Assembly: GCA_026209155.1 (NCBI GenBank)
Contig: GCA_026209155.1_3056.1
Source: a phage
Strand: one strand, 5' to 3'
DNA length: 64,000 nucleotides
This document shows positions 48,621-57,929 of this stretch, in pieces. The notes beneath the pieces were generated by a model that did no database searches, was not told where the DNA came from, and worked only from the letters and a program-made list of their open reading frames with translations. The first letter of the stretch is position 1. Each line of letters starts with the position of its first letter. The position numbers and the translations under genes were made by a program.

Positions 48621-49508
48621 TTAAGATTTAAGTAAATCAACGATTTTAATTAATTTTTCACGCTCAGATTTAGCTTTACTACTCAATCCAGATAGTCTGA
48701 AAATTTCATCATCATATTGCTGAATAGAAATATTTAGCTCTTCAATCTGCTTATTAAAATAAGCAATTTGTTCAGAATGTTTTTCATTACTGCGAACTGG
48801 TACAGGTTTTGTAGGTAATTTAGTTGAACTGGATTCATCTGGGCGATAAATTAAAATGCAATTTGAACCAATCGGACATTTAGCACCAGACACATATTCT
48901 AATGTTCCGGCTTCTTTTAAAACTTCAAAAGCTAAACAGAGATGATGCCCCATATTAACATAATCTGTAGAGCGAGCTCTGATGTAATAATCATCTCCAC
49001 GAGTACTAAATTTAAAGCATTTAAGGTCTTCTGTATTATTGGTCTTAAAAATCATTTGTTTATCTAGACCTTTAGCTAATCGAGCGCCTAATGCTAATAA
49101 TCGTCGTTGATTTTCCCACAAATCCGCAATCATTTGGTCAAATGATAATTTCGGCATTAGTCGACCATAAAGGTCATATCCTTTATTATAATTGCGAAGG
49201 ATTTCACTCGCATTAATACGAGACAACGCTCCAATTTTATTAAGGGCTTTCATGATGCGATTAGATAAACTCATTCCAGATCCGTTTGTTCGCTGTAAAT
49301 GTTTTTCTAATCCAAATCCAATATCAACTTTAAATTTATCTAAAATTTCAGCATGAACATCTCTGTCAATAACATTCAAATCCAAAGTTGGGTTAAATCT
49401 ATGAAAAAATTTATCTGGCTCTCCACGACGAAGTACAGTCCATTCATTCAATTTTTTATTAACTAAAGATTTAATTACTGTATTGACATTATTAATTACT
49501 ACTGACAT
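48621..49508 (-). CDS. coiled-coil paralog family member D
   Basis: ATG at 49506-49508 with GAGGAAA RBS gives MSVVINNVNT... (295 aa); C-terminal IEELNISIQQYDDEIFRL...EREKLIKIVDLLKS. Confidence 0.5.
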   Translation of the reverse strand: MSVVINNVNTVIKSLVNKKLNEWTVLRRGEPDKFFHRFNPTLDLNVIDRDVHAEILDKFKVDIGFGLEKHLQRTNGSGMSLSNRIMKALNKIGALSRINASEILRNYNKGYDLYGRLMPKLSFDQMIADLWENQRRLLALGARLAKGLDKQMIFKTNNTEDLKCFKFSTRGDDYYIRARSTDYVNMGHHLCLAFEVLKEAGTLEYVSGAKCPIGSNCILIYRPDESSSTKLPTKPVPVRSNEKHSEQIAYFNKQIEELNISIQQYDDEIFRLSGLSSKAKSEREKLIKIVDLLKS

Positions 49509-49515
49509 ATTTTCC

Positions 49516-49923
49516 TCACTCAATTTCAATTTTACTAAATACACAGAATATGATGGAAAAGACTATATAAGCACCGCATACAGATTGAACTAATACCATT
49601 CCAAAGAACCAAACGATATTATCAAACAATGTCTGTTTTACGTCGAAAGGACGTAAACTTACAGTAATATTATCACCTTTTTCTATTGAAGAATACATCT
49701 CTGGGGAAATATATTCACTAAATCTATTGCCGTCTTTGAGTTCATATACGGCAATAAACGATAAACTAGACCCCTTTCCTTGAGTTCCTGTGATAGTATT
49801 AACTACAGTAACATCATAATCTTTATAATGCATATAATCATTAATTGCGTAATAACCATATGCAATTATTAAACATAGACAACATATCAATAAATTCAAT
49901 CTTTTAATTATCAACTGTTTCAT
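49516..49923 (-). CDS. hypothetical membrane protein
   Basis: 135-aa ORF with N- and C-terminal hydrophobic segments. Confidence 0.45.
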   Translation of the reverse strand: MKQLIIKRLNLLICCLCLIIAYGYYAINDYMHYKDYDVTVVNTITGTQGKGSSLSFIAVYELKDGNRFSEYISPEMYSSIEKGDNITVSLRPFDVKQTLFDNIVWFFGMVLVQSVCGAYIVFSIIFCVFSKIEIE

Positions 49924-49978
49924 AATAATCTCAATTAAAAGGGCTTAGAACCATTATACCATCCTTGGTATAAAGCGG

Positions 49979-50506
49979 TTATGCGAGTACCGTCTTTAAC
50001 CGTTCTTCAAACTTCCGAAGAGTATTCTGGCGTTCAGCTCTTTGCTTTTTGTAAGTTTCAATACGCTCTGAAATGAGAGTGTATCGTTCATTTACTGATT
50101 CTTTCATAAAATCAGGAATTTCACGAGAAGCTTTAATCTCGTCAAATTTATCAATAACAGCTTGCTCTTCAGCAATTAAGTTATCATACATCAAAATATC
50201 TTTCTCGATGAACTCAATATCTTCTTGAGTTACACGAGATAATTTAGATGCTTTATCCTTTTTGTACTGTTCATTAGTATCACGAGACCAGTGTAATGTA
50301 CGATTTTTATTCGTATTCTTGTAAATTTCTACAATACCAATCTCATCGATAATAACGATCCAATTCCAACGGGATTTGTAAATTTGTCCTCCATCAACCG
50401 TGATTTCACCACCGATTGAGATGTCATTAAAGAACTTGCTTTGTGCTTCAGATTTAAATTTACCATCATTGTAGTTTACCAAGTTGAAAATATCTTTAGC
50501 ATTCAT
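49979..50506 (-). CDS. hypothetical protein with C-terminal coiled coil
   Basis: 175-aa ORF directly downstream of an early promoter. Confidence 0.45.
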   Translation of the reverse strand: MNAKDIFNLVNYNDGKFKSEAQSKFFNDISIGGEITVDGGQIYKSRWNWIVIIDEIGIVEIYKNTNKNRTLHWSRDTNEQYKKDKASKLSRVTQEDIEFIEKDILMYDNLIAEEQAVIDKFDEIKASREIPDFMKESVNERYTLISERIETYKKQRAERQNTLRKFEERLKTVLA

Positions 50507-50531
50507 TTTTGTTCCTCCGTAGTTGATAGTT

Positions 50532-50565
50532 GTATAGTACCACAGAGGAACGGTCTTGTAAACAA
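50532..50565 (-). promoter_or_regulatory. T4-type early promoter
   Basis: Plus atagta 50534-50539 and gtaaac 50558-50563; flanked by gttcctc/gaggaac inverted repeat. Confidence 0.55.
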
Positions 50566-50880
50566 CTAAAAGAAACTTCTTTCACAATTTTTTCCACTGA
50601 ACCAAGCGCTCATTGCTTTCTTAGTCTCAGGAGCAGTGTTATCCATAAACCATTCAAAGGCAGCCTTTTTATGATTCTGGAGGGCTTCTCGGGCTTTAAT
50701 CTGCTCACGGTCTATTAACACTAACATATGAGCCTTTCTTGTCACCATGGGCTTCTTATGATTTTTTGAATACTCCCAGTCATTTGTCCATCGCATTGTC
50801 GTTGCGAATTGAAATACAGCTTCTTTAATTTTAGTTTCGTAAATTTCACGAGCCTTTGAGTATAACATCATTACCTCCAT
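50566..50880 (-). CDS. hypothetical protein
   Basis: 104-aa ORF. Confidence 0.4.
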   Translation of the reverse strand: MEVMMLYSKAREIYETKIKEAVFQFATTMRWTNDWEYSKNHKKPMVTRKAHMLVLIDREQIKAREALQNHKKAAFEWFMDNTAPETKKAMSAWFSGKNCERSFF

Positions 50881-50969
50881 TTACCAGTTTAATTCTAGTC
50901 ATCTTTTTGATGGCAGTCCATATAATCTATTTCTGAACTGCCTTTTTATCTTAGAAGGCCTCTTATGAA

Positions 50970-51938
50970 TTATTTCAGAAGAGTAACCTCAGCGATTTCT
51001 TCCCAACCGTTTTTGTCGGTCATAATAAAGTCAGCAAGATAAAGAGCAGTACGCAGTGAAACATTGCGTAAACGATTAACATTGACTTTCATCCATGATA
51101 ATGCTTTATAAGTTTCTTCATCAGAAAGACCGCGCTTTTGCATCATGTCAGTTGAAAGAATAACATCTTCAACCCTGACCATAATTTCTTCATTAGTGTG
51201 AACACCCAAATCCAAATAAACTGAGCGGGACACTAATGCTTGTAAATGTGGAGCAAGTTTAGTACCACGGTCTAATTCGCGGTCAATGTCAACGTTTGTG
51301 ATAAAAACAATTGTTCCTTTAAATTCAAACTCACGCTCAATGCCTTTTTCTTCTAAGTAAGAAGATGCAGTGCTCCAGCAGACTTTACGGGTCTCTCCAG
51401 TGTCCAGAGCAGCTTTCAGAAGATTAAGAATGTCCATATCAGAGAAAACATCCACATCATCAATCAAAAGGACAGAATTCTCTTCACGATTATTCCAGAG
51501 CTGTTCATAAAGACCGATACCAGAGATTTTACCGTTAATGCTTTTATATTCAATGTATCCAATATCATTTGCTTTATTTAAAGCTTTATCTAAAGAATAC
51601 GTTTTACCAATACCCGCCGCACCAGAGATAATTAATGAACGAATGTTTCCGTTAATAATACCATTCGTCATCATTCCCATAACATTAAATCTTTTATTAA
51701 TGCGGGTTTTCATATCTTCATATGATTCTTTAACTTCTTCAACTTTTACACCATCATATGAAATGTCTGATTTGTAAACCCAAACACCGCGACGTTTACC
51801 GTCAATTTCAACAAAAACTTTACCATCTCCTTGTGCATCTACCGGAGCATTATCCGGGAACCATTCGCCTAAGAGCTCAAAAGTTCCAGAGATTTCTTTA
51901 CCGAAGTAGATACCCTTATTGATAGTTACAGTTTTCAT
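50970..51938 (-). CDS. AAA+-type ATPase (P-loop NTPase)
   Basis: ATG at 51936-51938 with GGAG RBS gives MKTVTINKGIYF... (322 aa); Walker A GAAGIGKTYS, Walker B LLIDDVD, sensor-1-like FITN. Confidence 0.55.
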   Translation of the reverse strand: MKTVTINKGIYFGKEISGTFELLGEWFPDNAPVDAQGDGKVFVEIDGKRRGVWVYKSDISYDGVKVEEVKESYEDMKTRINKRFNVMGMMTNGIINGNIRSLIISGAAGIGKTYSLDKALNKANDIGYIEYKSINGKISGIGLYEQLWNNREENSVLLIDDVDVFSDMDILNLLKAALDTGETRKVCWSTASSYLEEKGIEREFEFKGTIVFITNVDIDRELDRGTKLAPHLQALVSRSVYLDLGVHTNEEIMVRVEDVILSTDMMQKRGLSDEETYKALSWMKVNVNRLRNVSLRTALYLADFIMTDKNGWEEIAEVTLLK

Positions 51939-51970
51939 TTTATTCTCCAAATCCGTATCAGTTGATAGTT

Positions 51971-52004
51971 GTATAGTACCATAAAGCTTTATGCTTGTAA
52001 ACCG
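51971..52004 (-). promoter_or_regulatory. T4-type early promoter with conserved leader, upstream of the ATPase gene
   Basis: Plus atagta 51973-51978 and gtaaac 51997-52002; leader ...CAACTATCAACTGATACGGATTTGGAGAATAAAATG shared with loci at 24480-24556 and 6157-6230. Confidence 0.55.
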
Positions 52005-52021
52005 TTTTGTGAAAAAAATTT

Positions 52022-52051
52022 AAAATAAAAAAGGGAGCCCGAAGGCTCCCT
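52022..52051 (-). terminator. strong intrinsic terminator after the nucleotidyltransferase-like gene
   Basis: Hairpin gggagcc cgaa ggctccc (52033-52050) followed on minus strand by UUUUUUAUUUU. Confidence 0.65.
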
Positions 52052-52052
52052 A

Positions 52053-53066
52053 TCATTTATAATAACTTCGATGGTTTTCAAGATAGACTTTCTCAAGGAA
52101 GTCATCCCAAAAACCCATGTCCACTTTTTGCTGCATACCGTTCTTAGAAGCTTCAGTAGATGCTGCTTCTACTTGATCGACCACATCTTCCAAAAACTCT
52201 TGAACGGTTTTAAATGGATGTTTACCCAACTTCACGTCGAGAATAAATGGAGCGTCTTGAAGTGGATAGACTAAGTCGCCAGTTTTGTAAATTTCCAATA
52301 GTTGAAGTCCACCACGACAGGCATGGCTCAGAGCTTTCCAGTCAATGCCTTCGTTGGCTTCGGCCTTACGAGCGCGTTCACCATATTCAGCATCTAATTT
52401 GTTCAGTGACTGCTTAAGCTCAATAAGAGAAAGCGTTGTCTGATATTTACGACCCAACACAGTGTAGAACGTTTGTGGGCCTGTTTTCTCATGATTATGG
52501 AACACCCATTCACAGAATTCGTTTTCTGGAAGACGATGCTTAATATCTTCAACTTTAGTGCGACGCTGCTTAATAGAACCATCTTCTTGGTAATCAATCC
52601 ACTGCTCAGGGATTTGATTAACTACTTTCAATACATCACGTAATGCAGCCAAACGAGAACCCTTGACACCGTATTTAGAAGCTTGCTTGCGGACATATCC
52701 TAAATAGGATTTCATGTTAGTCGTATAAAAACGAGAACGGTTGTCTTGAATAAACTTCCACACATCAAGCAAATCAGATTTAACCACTAGTTCAGGTGGA
52801 GTGTGAAGCATATCCAATGCTACAGTTTCACCATCTGCTGCTAATTTAAAGAAATATTTAAGACTGTATAGTTCATGGTCAATATCATCTTTAGTGTTTT
52901 TAGATGATGTGTTGTTAGTGTTTTTACTCATGTGCTCTTTGACATTTCCGATAAGAATATCACGAGCAGGAGGAACAAAAATTTCTTTAAAATCTACATC
53001 AGATTCTGGGGTAGAAGTTCCATAAAGATGACTACCAAAATAGCTTTTCATTACTGTTTTCATCAT
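52053..53066 (-). CDS. Pol-beta-superfamily nucleotidyltransferase-like protein
   Basis: 337-aa ORF; N-terminal FGSHLYGTSTPESDVDFKEIFV fits the GS-x(9-13)-DxD nucleotidyltransferase signature; about 230 aa of unassigned C-terminal sequence; start may be an internal Met. Confidence 0.5.
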   Translation of the reverse strand: MMKTVMKSYFGSHLYGTSTPESDVDFKEIFVPPARDILIGNVKEHMSKNTNNTSSKNTKDDIDHELYSLKYFFKLAADGETVALDMLHTPPELVVKSDLLDVWKFIQDNRSRFYTTNMKSYLGYVRKQASKYGVKGSRLAALRDVLKVVNQIPEQWIDYQEDGSIKQRRTKVEDIKHRLPENEFCEWVFHNHEKTGPQTFYTVLGRKYQTTLSLIELKQSLNKLDAEYGERARKAEANEGIDWKALSHACRGGLQLLEIYKTGDLVYPLQDAPFILDVKLGKHPFKTVQEFLEDVVDQVEAASTEASKNGMQQKVDMGFWDDFLEKVYLENHRSYYK

Positions 53067-53524
53067 TCAGCCTTATATTCAATAACAGGACATACTTTAG
53101 CTTTACGAGCTTTTAAAAATTCAACGATAATCGATTTCTTGGGTTGAATAGGAGGTAAACCTTTATACGCCCTATCAATATTTTCTATGTGTAAAGCATA
53201 ATCCTTTTTCCATTTATAATCTTTATATTTTTCATGCAAATGTGCAGGAATAACAAATGAACCGATAATAAGTAAAACAACCAAAAGCGCAAGTATAAAT
53301 GCTGATGGAAGAAGAGTCCATAAACTACCGAAAATAAGCCAACGTTGTAGGCTTTCTGCACAAATAATTGTTAGCCCTACGAGTATAGCACATCCAAAAA
53401 TAGAAACGAAAAATGTAGGAATGGCAATAGACCAAAAATACGCACACAGTGTCTTAGGTCGTTTCCATTCGTCGTTAAACATTTTAAATAATTTATAATG
53501 CCAAGAGTTTTCATTAATAATCAT
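53063..53524 (-). CDS. hypothetical multi-pass membrane protein
   Basis: 153-aa ORF with three to four hydrophobic helices; 4-nt overlap with the nucleotidyltransferase-like gene. Confidence 0.45.
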   Translation of the reverse strand: MIINENSWHYKLFKMFNDEWKRPKTLCAYFWSIAIPTFFVSIFGCAILVGLTIICAESLQRWLIFGSLWTLLPSAFILALLVVLLIIGSFVIPAHLHEKYKDYKWKKDYALHIENIDRAYKGLPPIQPKKSIIVEFLKARKAKVCPVIEYKAE

Positions 53525-53526
53525 AA

Positions 53527-54048
53527 TTATCCTTTCATTGAAGGTGTAACAGTTGTTAAATACTTAATCATAGCTTCAGCTTCTGATTTTGATAATGAAA
53601 TTTCTCCATTGTTTTGACGAATAGAAATAAAATCCGGATGACGGTCACCACCAGCTTTTAAAACACACATATAAGTATCAACTTCATCTTCAATATTTGA
53701 AATGATTGAAGCAGTTCCGCATGAATGTGGTTTTTGATAAATCAATACAGCTTTTCTTCCACCGTTTGACTGTTCATAAACTTTTAACACATCAAACAAA
53801 TCGCTTCTTTTATCAATAGCTAAGATGTTGTTTTCATCTTCAATGTTAAATCCTTCGGATACTTCATAAAGTGTCACCCATAAATCGCCAATATCGATAG
53901 TAGTATTTTCCTTTCCATGACTTTCAAGAGCGTGACAAATTTTCTTAATTTCGTCATAACTCATTTTAACAATATCATCTCCTTGAATAAGGAAGATGTC
54001 ATTTTTAAATTCAACACGAATTAAACCGCTTTCACTTGAAATAAACAT
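53527..54048 (-). CDS. hypothetical protein, paralog of 54055..54600
   Basis: 173-aa ORF; C-terminus ISLSKSEAEAMIKYLTTVTPSMKG resembles VTFTKDEAIALKTYLDSVIPTMISK of neighbour. Confidence 0.45.
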   Translation of the reverse strand: MFISSESGLIRVEFKNDIFLIQGDDIVKMSYDEIKKICHALESHGKENTTIDIGDLWVTLYEVSEGFNIEDENNILAIDKRSDLFDVLKVYEQSNGGRKAVLIYQKPHSCGTASIISNIEDEVDTYMCVLKAGGDRHPDFISIRQNNGEISLSKSEAEAMIKYLTTVTPSMKG

Positions 54049-54054
54049 ATTTCC

Positions 54055-54600
54055 TCACTTTGAAATCATAGTTGGAATGACAGAATCAAGATAAGTCTTT
54101 AGCGCAATAGCTTCATCTTTGGTAAATGTGACAATATGTGCTCGAAAATCATCAATTTGACGAATAGTTAAGACATCTCCATCTTCATAACATTTTGATA
54201 CGTTTAAAACAGTTTCATCATTCTGATTGCAAGCGTTAGTAATAATAGCATTGCAATTTTTAAACCATTTTAAACTATGTTTTCTTTCATTAGAATAATA
54301 AAAATATTTAATCTTATCTATAAAACTATCCCAATGGATAACTGATAAGCATATTGACTCGCTTTCAATATTAAATCCTGGGCATGAAGAATAAAAATGA
54401 ATTTTATGCTCATCATTAATGCTTACAATTTTATCAGTATAAGGATTTTCAATTTTGGTTAAATGAATGATTTCACTAGGCGTAAAATACAGCATATCGT
54501 CTTCTTGTGTCAAACGATACATATTATTTACTTTTTCTATAGCCAATTCACCAAAAAGTGAACTAACTTCTAATACTAATCGTTTCGCCGCTACCGTCAT
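54055..54600 (-). CDS. hypothetical protein, paralog of 53527..54048
   Basis: 181-aa ORF. Confidence 0.45.
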   Translation of the reverse strand: MTVAAKRLVLEVSSLFGELAIEKVNNMYRLTQEDDMLYFTPSEIIHLTKIENPYTDKIVSINDEHKIHFYSSCPGFNIESESICLSVIHWDSFIDKIKYFYYSNERKHSLKWFKNCNAIITNACNQNDETVLNVSKCYEDGDVLTIRQIDDFRAHIVTFTKDEAIALKTYLDSVIPTMISK

Positions 54601-54730
54601 TACATACTCCTCTGAATCATATCAATAATGTTGTTCACCAGATTATAAGTAAACATTGGGTAATTATATTGAATCACCACATACACAACAAACAAAACTT
54701 TCATTCTCTTCTCCTTGGCAGTTGACAAGA

Positions 54731-54764
54731 TTACTATACCATAACCTTGCCAACTTGTAAACCA
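54731..54764 (-). promoter_or_regulatory. T4-type early promoter
   Basis: Plus actata 54733-54738 and gtaaac 54757-54762. Confidence 0.5.
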
Positions 54765-54927
54765 TTAAATGACGTTTTCAATAAAATTCTGAAGCTTTGT
54801 ATGAGCATCAACCATGATTTTCATTTCTTCCTTTGCGAAAGCTGTACCTCTTTCACGAGAAGAACATTCATAGTCAGAAACTGCATTAGCATATTCTTCA
54901 ATTAGCTTCATTAAAAACATCTGCTTT

Positions 54928-55122
54928 TCAGTTTTCATTATTCCACCTAATCATTTCAAGATATTGAACTAACTTAGCTTTGGATTTATCCAAATCCTTT
55001 TTAGCTGCTTCTATACCGTCGTATGAATATCCTTCACAATGCTCAACTGCTAATTGATATGAATCTATTTCAATATCACGTGCTAATTTAATGATTTTTT
55101 CAAACTGTTCACGTGTTAGCAT
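54928..55122 (-). CDS. hypothetical small protein
   Basis: 64-aa ORF. Confidence 0.4.
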   Translation of the reverse strand: MLTREQFEKIIKLARDIEIDSYQLAVEHCEGYSYDGIEAAKKDLDKSKAKLVQYLEMIRWNNEN

Positions 55123-55124
55123 AC

Positions 55125-55328
55125 TTAAACTCTCGTATTATGATCGATAATTTCATCAAGAAACATATCTAACGCTTCTAAAGCATTATCAACTTTAGCT
55201 TCAAGTTCATCAATACCTTTATTTGCAATGCCTGACGAAAACCAAGCAAAGTCACTAAGTTCCTCGTCTGCTTTACGAATTAAAGCTACTAATTCCTTAA
55301 TTTTATCTGCTTGTTCGATACTAATCAT
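55125..55328 (-). CDS. hypothetical small protein
   Basis: Internal ATG at 55326-55328 gives [19 protein letters not shown]... (67 aa). Confidence 0.4.
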   Translation of the reverse strand: MISIEQADKIKELVALIRKADEELSDFAWFSSGIANKGIDELEAKVDNALEALDMFLDEIIDHNTRV

Positions 55329-55516
55329 TATTCCACCACATATGAAAGAGAGAATATTGCACACGCCATGTGAGTTGCAACTTCATCACACATATTATAA
55401 CGTTTCTTAAGAAGTTCTACAAGTTCTTCACTAGTAACTTCATCCATGTCGACGAAAAAATCACCATTAATGATGACGTAGATATTTCCTTCTTGATTGA
55501 GTGCTTCAATTTTCAT
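55328..55516 (-). CDS. hypothetical small protein
   Basis: ATG at 55514-55516 with GAGGAG RBS gives [21 protein letters not shown]... (62 aa). Confidence 0.4.
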
Positions 55517-55542
55517 GATGTTCTCCTCTTTATCTGATAGTT

Positions 55543-55576
55543 GTATAGTACCACAGCTCAAACGGAAAGTAAACCG
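55543..55576 (-). promoter_or_regulatory. T4-type early promoter
   Basis: Plus atagta 55545-55550 and gtaaac 55569-55574. Confidence 0.55.
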
Positions 55577-55582
55577 GTAAAA

Positions 55583-55608
55583 TGAAAAAAGTCTCCCGAA
55601 GGAGACTA
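55583..55608 (-). terminator. intrinsic terminator
   Basis: Hairpin agtctcc cgaa ggagact (55590-55607) followed on minus strand by UUUUUUCAUUUU. Confidence 0.6.
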
Positions 55609-55611
55609 ATG

Positions 55612-55998
55612 TTATTCGAGGGAAAGAAGATACTTACTCTGATAAAACATTCCAGTAATATCATCTATCGTGCTTTGGATGGCTGGAGGCATTTCTTTAT
55701 AAATGCTGTTAGATTGGTCTAGTATGCGATCAATCATTTTAATTGTGTCGGTAGGAAGTTTACTGGCATCTGGAATTGAAGGTGTGTATTTTCTACCAGA
55801 ATACCCCAAATATTGCTCACCAAATTTATCAATCAAATCTGGCAACTCGGAGAAAATAAAATCGTATGCTTTGTGTCTAGCATAATTTTTAGTTTCAAAA
55901 TGTGCAGAATGAAAATAAGCTTGTGCAGCCATTAATAAACCTAAGTATTCATCTGCCTTTGAAGGTTTTCCACTTTGTGAAAAGTCGCTGAATTTCAT
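55612..55998 (-). CDS. hypothetical protein (rI.-1 position)
   Basis: 128-aa ORF. Confidence 0.45.
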
Positions 55999-56288
55999 TC
56001 AGTCTCCAATTTAATGTTCATAATTCTAGCGTATGATTGTGCCATCTCCGCGCCTCGTTCTATACATTCAAAATCAGAAGAGCACGGGTCATTTTTATAG
56101 GTCGTTCTCATAAAACTATAGAATTGTTCAGACGATTCTACGCTTTTATTTTCAAAAAGCATATAAACGTGCCTAATACCAGATTCCATAAATTTATCAA
56201 AATGAGGATCGACATTCGCTTCAATCGATGGAGATAAAACAAATGACAATCCTAGCATGGCAAATAGTGCCGTTGCTTTTAAGGCCAT
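55995..56288 (-). CDS. rI: lysis inhibition regulator RI
   Basis: 97-aa ORF with signal-anchor MALKATALFAMLGLSFVLSPSIEANV; matches T4 RI. Confidence 0.8.
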   Translation of the reverse strand: MALKATALFAMLGLSFVLSPSIEANVDPHFDKFMESGIRHVYMLFENKSVESSEQFYSFMRTTYKNDPCSSDFECIERGAEMAQSYARIMNIKLETE

Positions 56289-56300
56289 AAAGGCCTCCTA

Positions 56301-56513
56301 TCATTTTTGTCCTGTATTTACTTTATGCCGATGCACGGCCTTAACTTTATCAAGGTATTTTTCAAAATTTCGCAATCTAGTATAGTCTGCCGGAGATTGG
56401 TTGAGTGATACTTCTCGACGCAAAGCTGAAATAACATTTCCAACTTCCCTACGAATTTCATCTAATTGAAGCACAGTAAGATTGCGAAGTTGCTTTTCAG
56501 TTAATTGTAGCAT
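56301..56513 (-). CDS. hypothetical small protein (rI.1 position)
   Basis: 70-aa ORF. Confidence 0.4.
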   Translation of the reverse strand: MLQLTEKQLRNLTVLQLDEIRREVGNVISALRREVSLNQSPADYTRLRNFEKYLDKVKAVHRHKVNTGQK

Positions 56514-56555
56514 ATATACCCCTTTAGTTAGATAAACCTATTTATAACTTTTGCA

Positions 56556-57137
56556 CTAACCGAGCTTTTTAGTTAATTCATTCCAATGTTTTCTACACAA
56601 AGAAACATAAATTTCATCACCAATACAGATTTGATTACCTTCTTTAACTGGTGTTCCATCTTCCATTAATCGAGCTGTCATAATCGCTTTTTTACCGCAA
56701 TGACAAACTGCTTTTAGTTCAATAAGTTTATCTGCAATCGCTAAAAGTTCTTTAGAACCTTCAAACAATTTTCCAGCGAAATCAGTCCTTAATCCATAAG
56801 CCATAACAGGAACATTATATGTATCAACAATTCGGCTCAATTGATGCACTTGTTCAGTTTTTAAAAACTGAGCTTCATCTACAAATACACAATGAATATC
56901 TTTTTGTGCTTCAGCCCATTTATAGAACTCGAAAATATCCATATCATCTGTAATAATATTCGCTTCCTGCTTAATTCCAATGCGAGAAACAACTTCACAG
57001 ACAGAATCGCGAGTATCAATAGCAGGCTTAAGAACTAATACACTCATTCCACGTTCTTTATAATTATGTGCAGCAGTCAAAAGAGAAGCAGATTTTCCAG
57101 CATTCATTGCTGCATAAGTAAAAATTAAACTCGCCAT
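56556..57137 (-). CDS. tk: thymidine kinase
   Basis: 193-aa ORF; P-loop AAMNAGKS, zinc ribbon CHCGKKA...C; same length as T4 Tk. Confidence 0.9.
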   Translation of the reverse strand: MASLIFTYAAMNAGKSASLLTAAHNYKERGMSVLVLKPAIDTRDSVCEVVSRIGIKQEANIITDDMDIFEFYKWAEAQKDIHCVFVDEAQFLKTEQVHQLSRIVDTYNVPVMAYGLRTDFAGKLFEGSKELLAIADKLIELKAVCHCGKKAIMTARLMEDGTPVKEGNQICIGDEIYVSLCRKHWNELTKKLG

Positions 57138-57146
57138 ATCACCTTC

Positions 57147-57332
57147 TTAAAGCGTATTCACATAAGCTATTAATTCATTTTCTTTCTTATCAAACCGATC
57201 AGCAAATTCTTCCTGCTGTTCAGGAGATAGCGGGCCGTATTCATCATAAAAGGTGTTTGCTTCTGTATGCTCATCTAGAAGTTCATGGATAAGCTCAAAC
57301 AATTTATCTTTTTGTTCTTTGCTTAAACTCAT
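57147..57332 (-). CDS. hypothetical small acidic protein
   Basis: 61-aa ORF. Confidence 0.4.
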   Translation of the reverse strand: MSLSKEQKDKLFELIHELLDEHTEANTFYDEYGPLSPEQQEEFADRFDKKENELIAYVNTL

Positions 57333-57502
57333 ATATTAATTTCCAAAAGTTTTAAAATAATTCGTTTCTGATTCATAACCGCTACGATTGAATGACCGTT
57401 GGGGTCTTTTTGACCTGATCCAATTATAAATCCTTTTTGCGCAGAAAGTTTAATCAAAACATCAAGTTCACGTAATAATTGATATTTTAAATCATCATTC
57501 AT
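57329..57502 (-). CDS. hypothetical mini-protein (57 aa)
   Basis: Not in ORF track; ATGA overlaps at both ends. Confidence 0.3.
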   Translation of the reverse strand: MNDDLKYQLLRELDVLIKLSAQKGFIIGSGQKDPNGHSIVAVMNQKRIILKLLEINI

Positions 57503-57726
57503 TTTGGTTTACCTTCTTTAACGAAATCAGGATAAGGATAAAATCCTGAATAAAATCCTTCACCTTTATGATTAATGCATCCTTTATTAGAGCAATAGCA
57601 CCAATAATCGAAATCACAAGCCATTTCATCATTGCATAAAGCAAAAACAACTGGCCATTTACACTTTTCACAATGTGCATTTTTAAGAATGCTAATTTGG
57701 CTCATAACCATGTAACCTTTAAGCAA
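57499..57726 (-). CDS. Cys-rich small protein (probable zinc binding)
   Basis: 75-aa ORF with multiple Cys and His (HCEKCKW...CNDEMACDFDYWCYCSNKGCINH). Confidence 0.4.
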   Translation of the reverse strand: MLKGYMVMSQISILKNAHCEKCKWPVVFALCNDEMACDFDYWCYCSNKGCINHKGEGFYSGFYPYPDFVKEGKPK

Positions 57727-57929
57727 TATTCTTCTACATGCTGTTTACGACCTTTCTTATCAATAAAGGTATATTCAACGAATGTTCCAATATAGTCTTT
57801 ATCTACATCATGTGGACTATTAATTGGGCATTTAGTACGGCAAATGCGTTCCCATTGACGAATAATTACTGCTTTGGTTTTAGGATCAAACGGATGTGGA
57901 TAATGTATATTCATAATAACGGTTCCCAA
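57702..57929 (-). CDS. hypothetical small protein
   Basis: 75-aa ORF. Confidence 0.4.
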   Translation of the reverse strand: MGTVIMNIHYPHPFDPKTKAVIIRQWERICRTKCPINSPHDVDKDYIGTFVEYTFIDKKGRKQHVEEYCLKVTWL

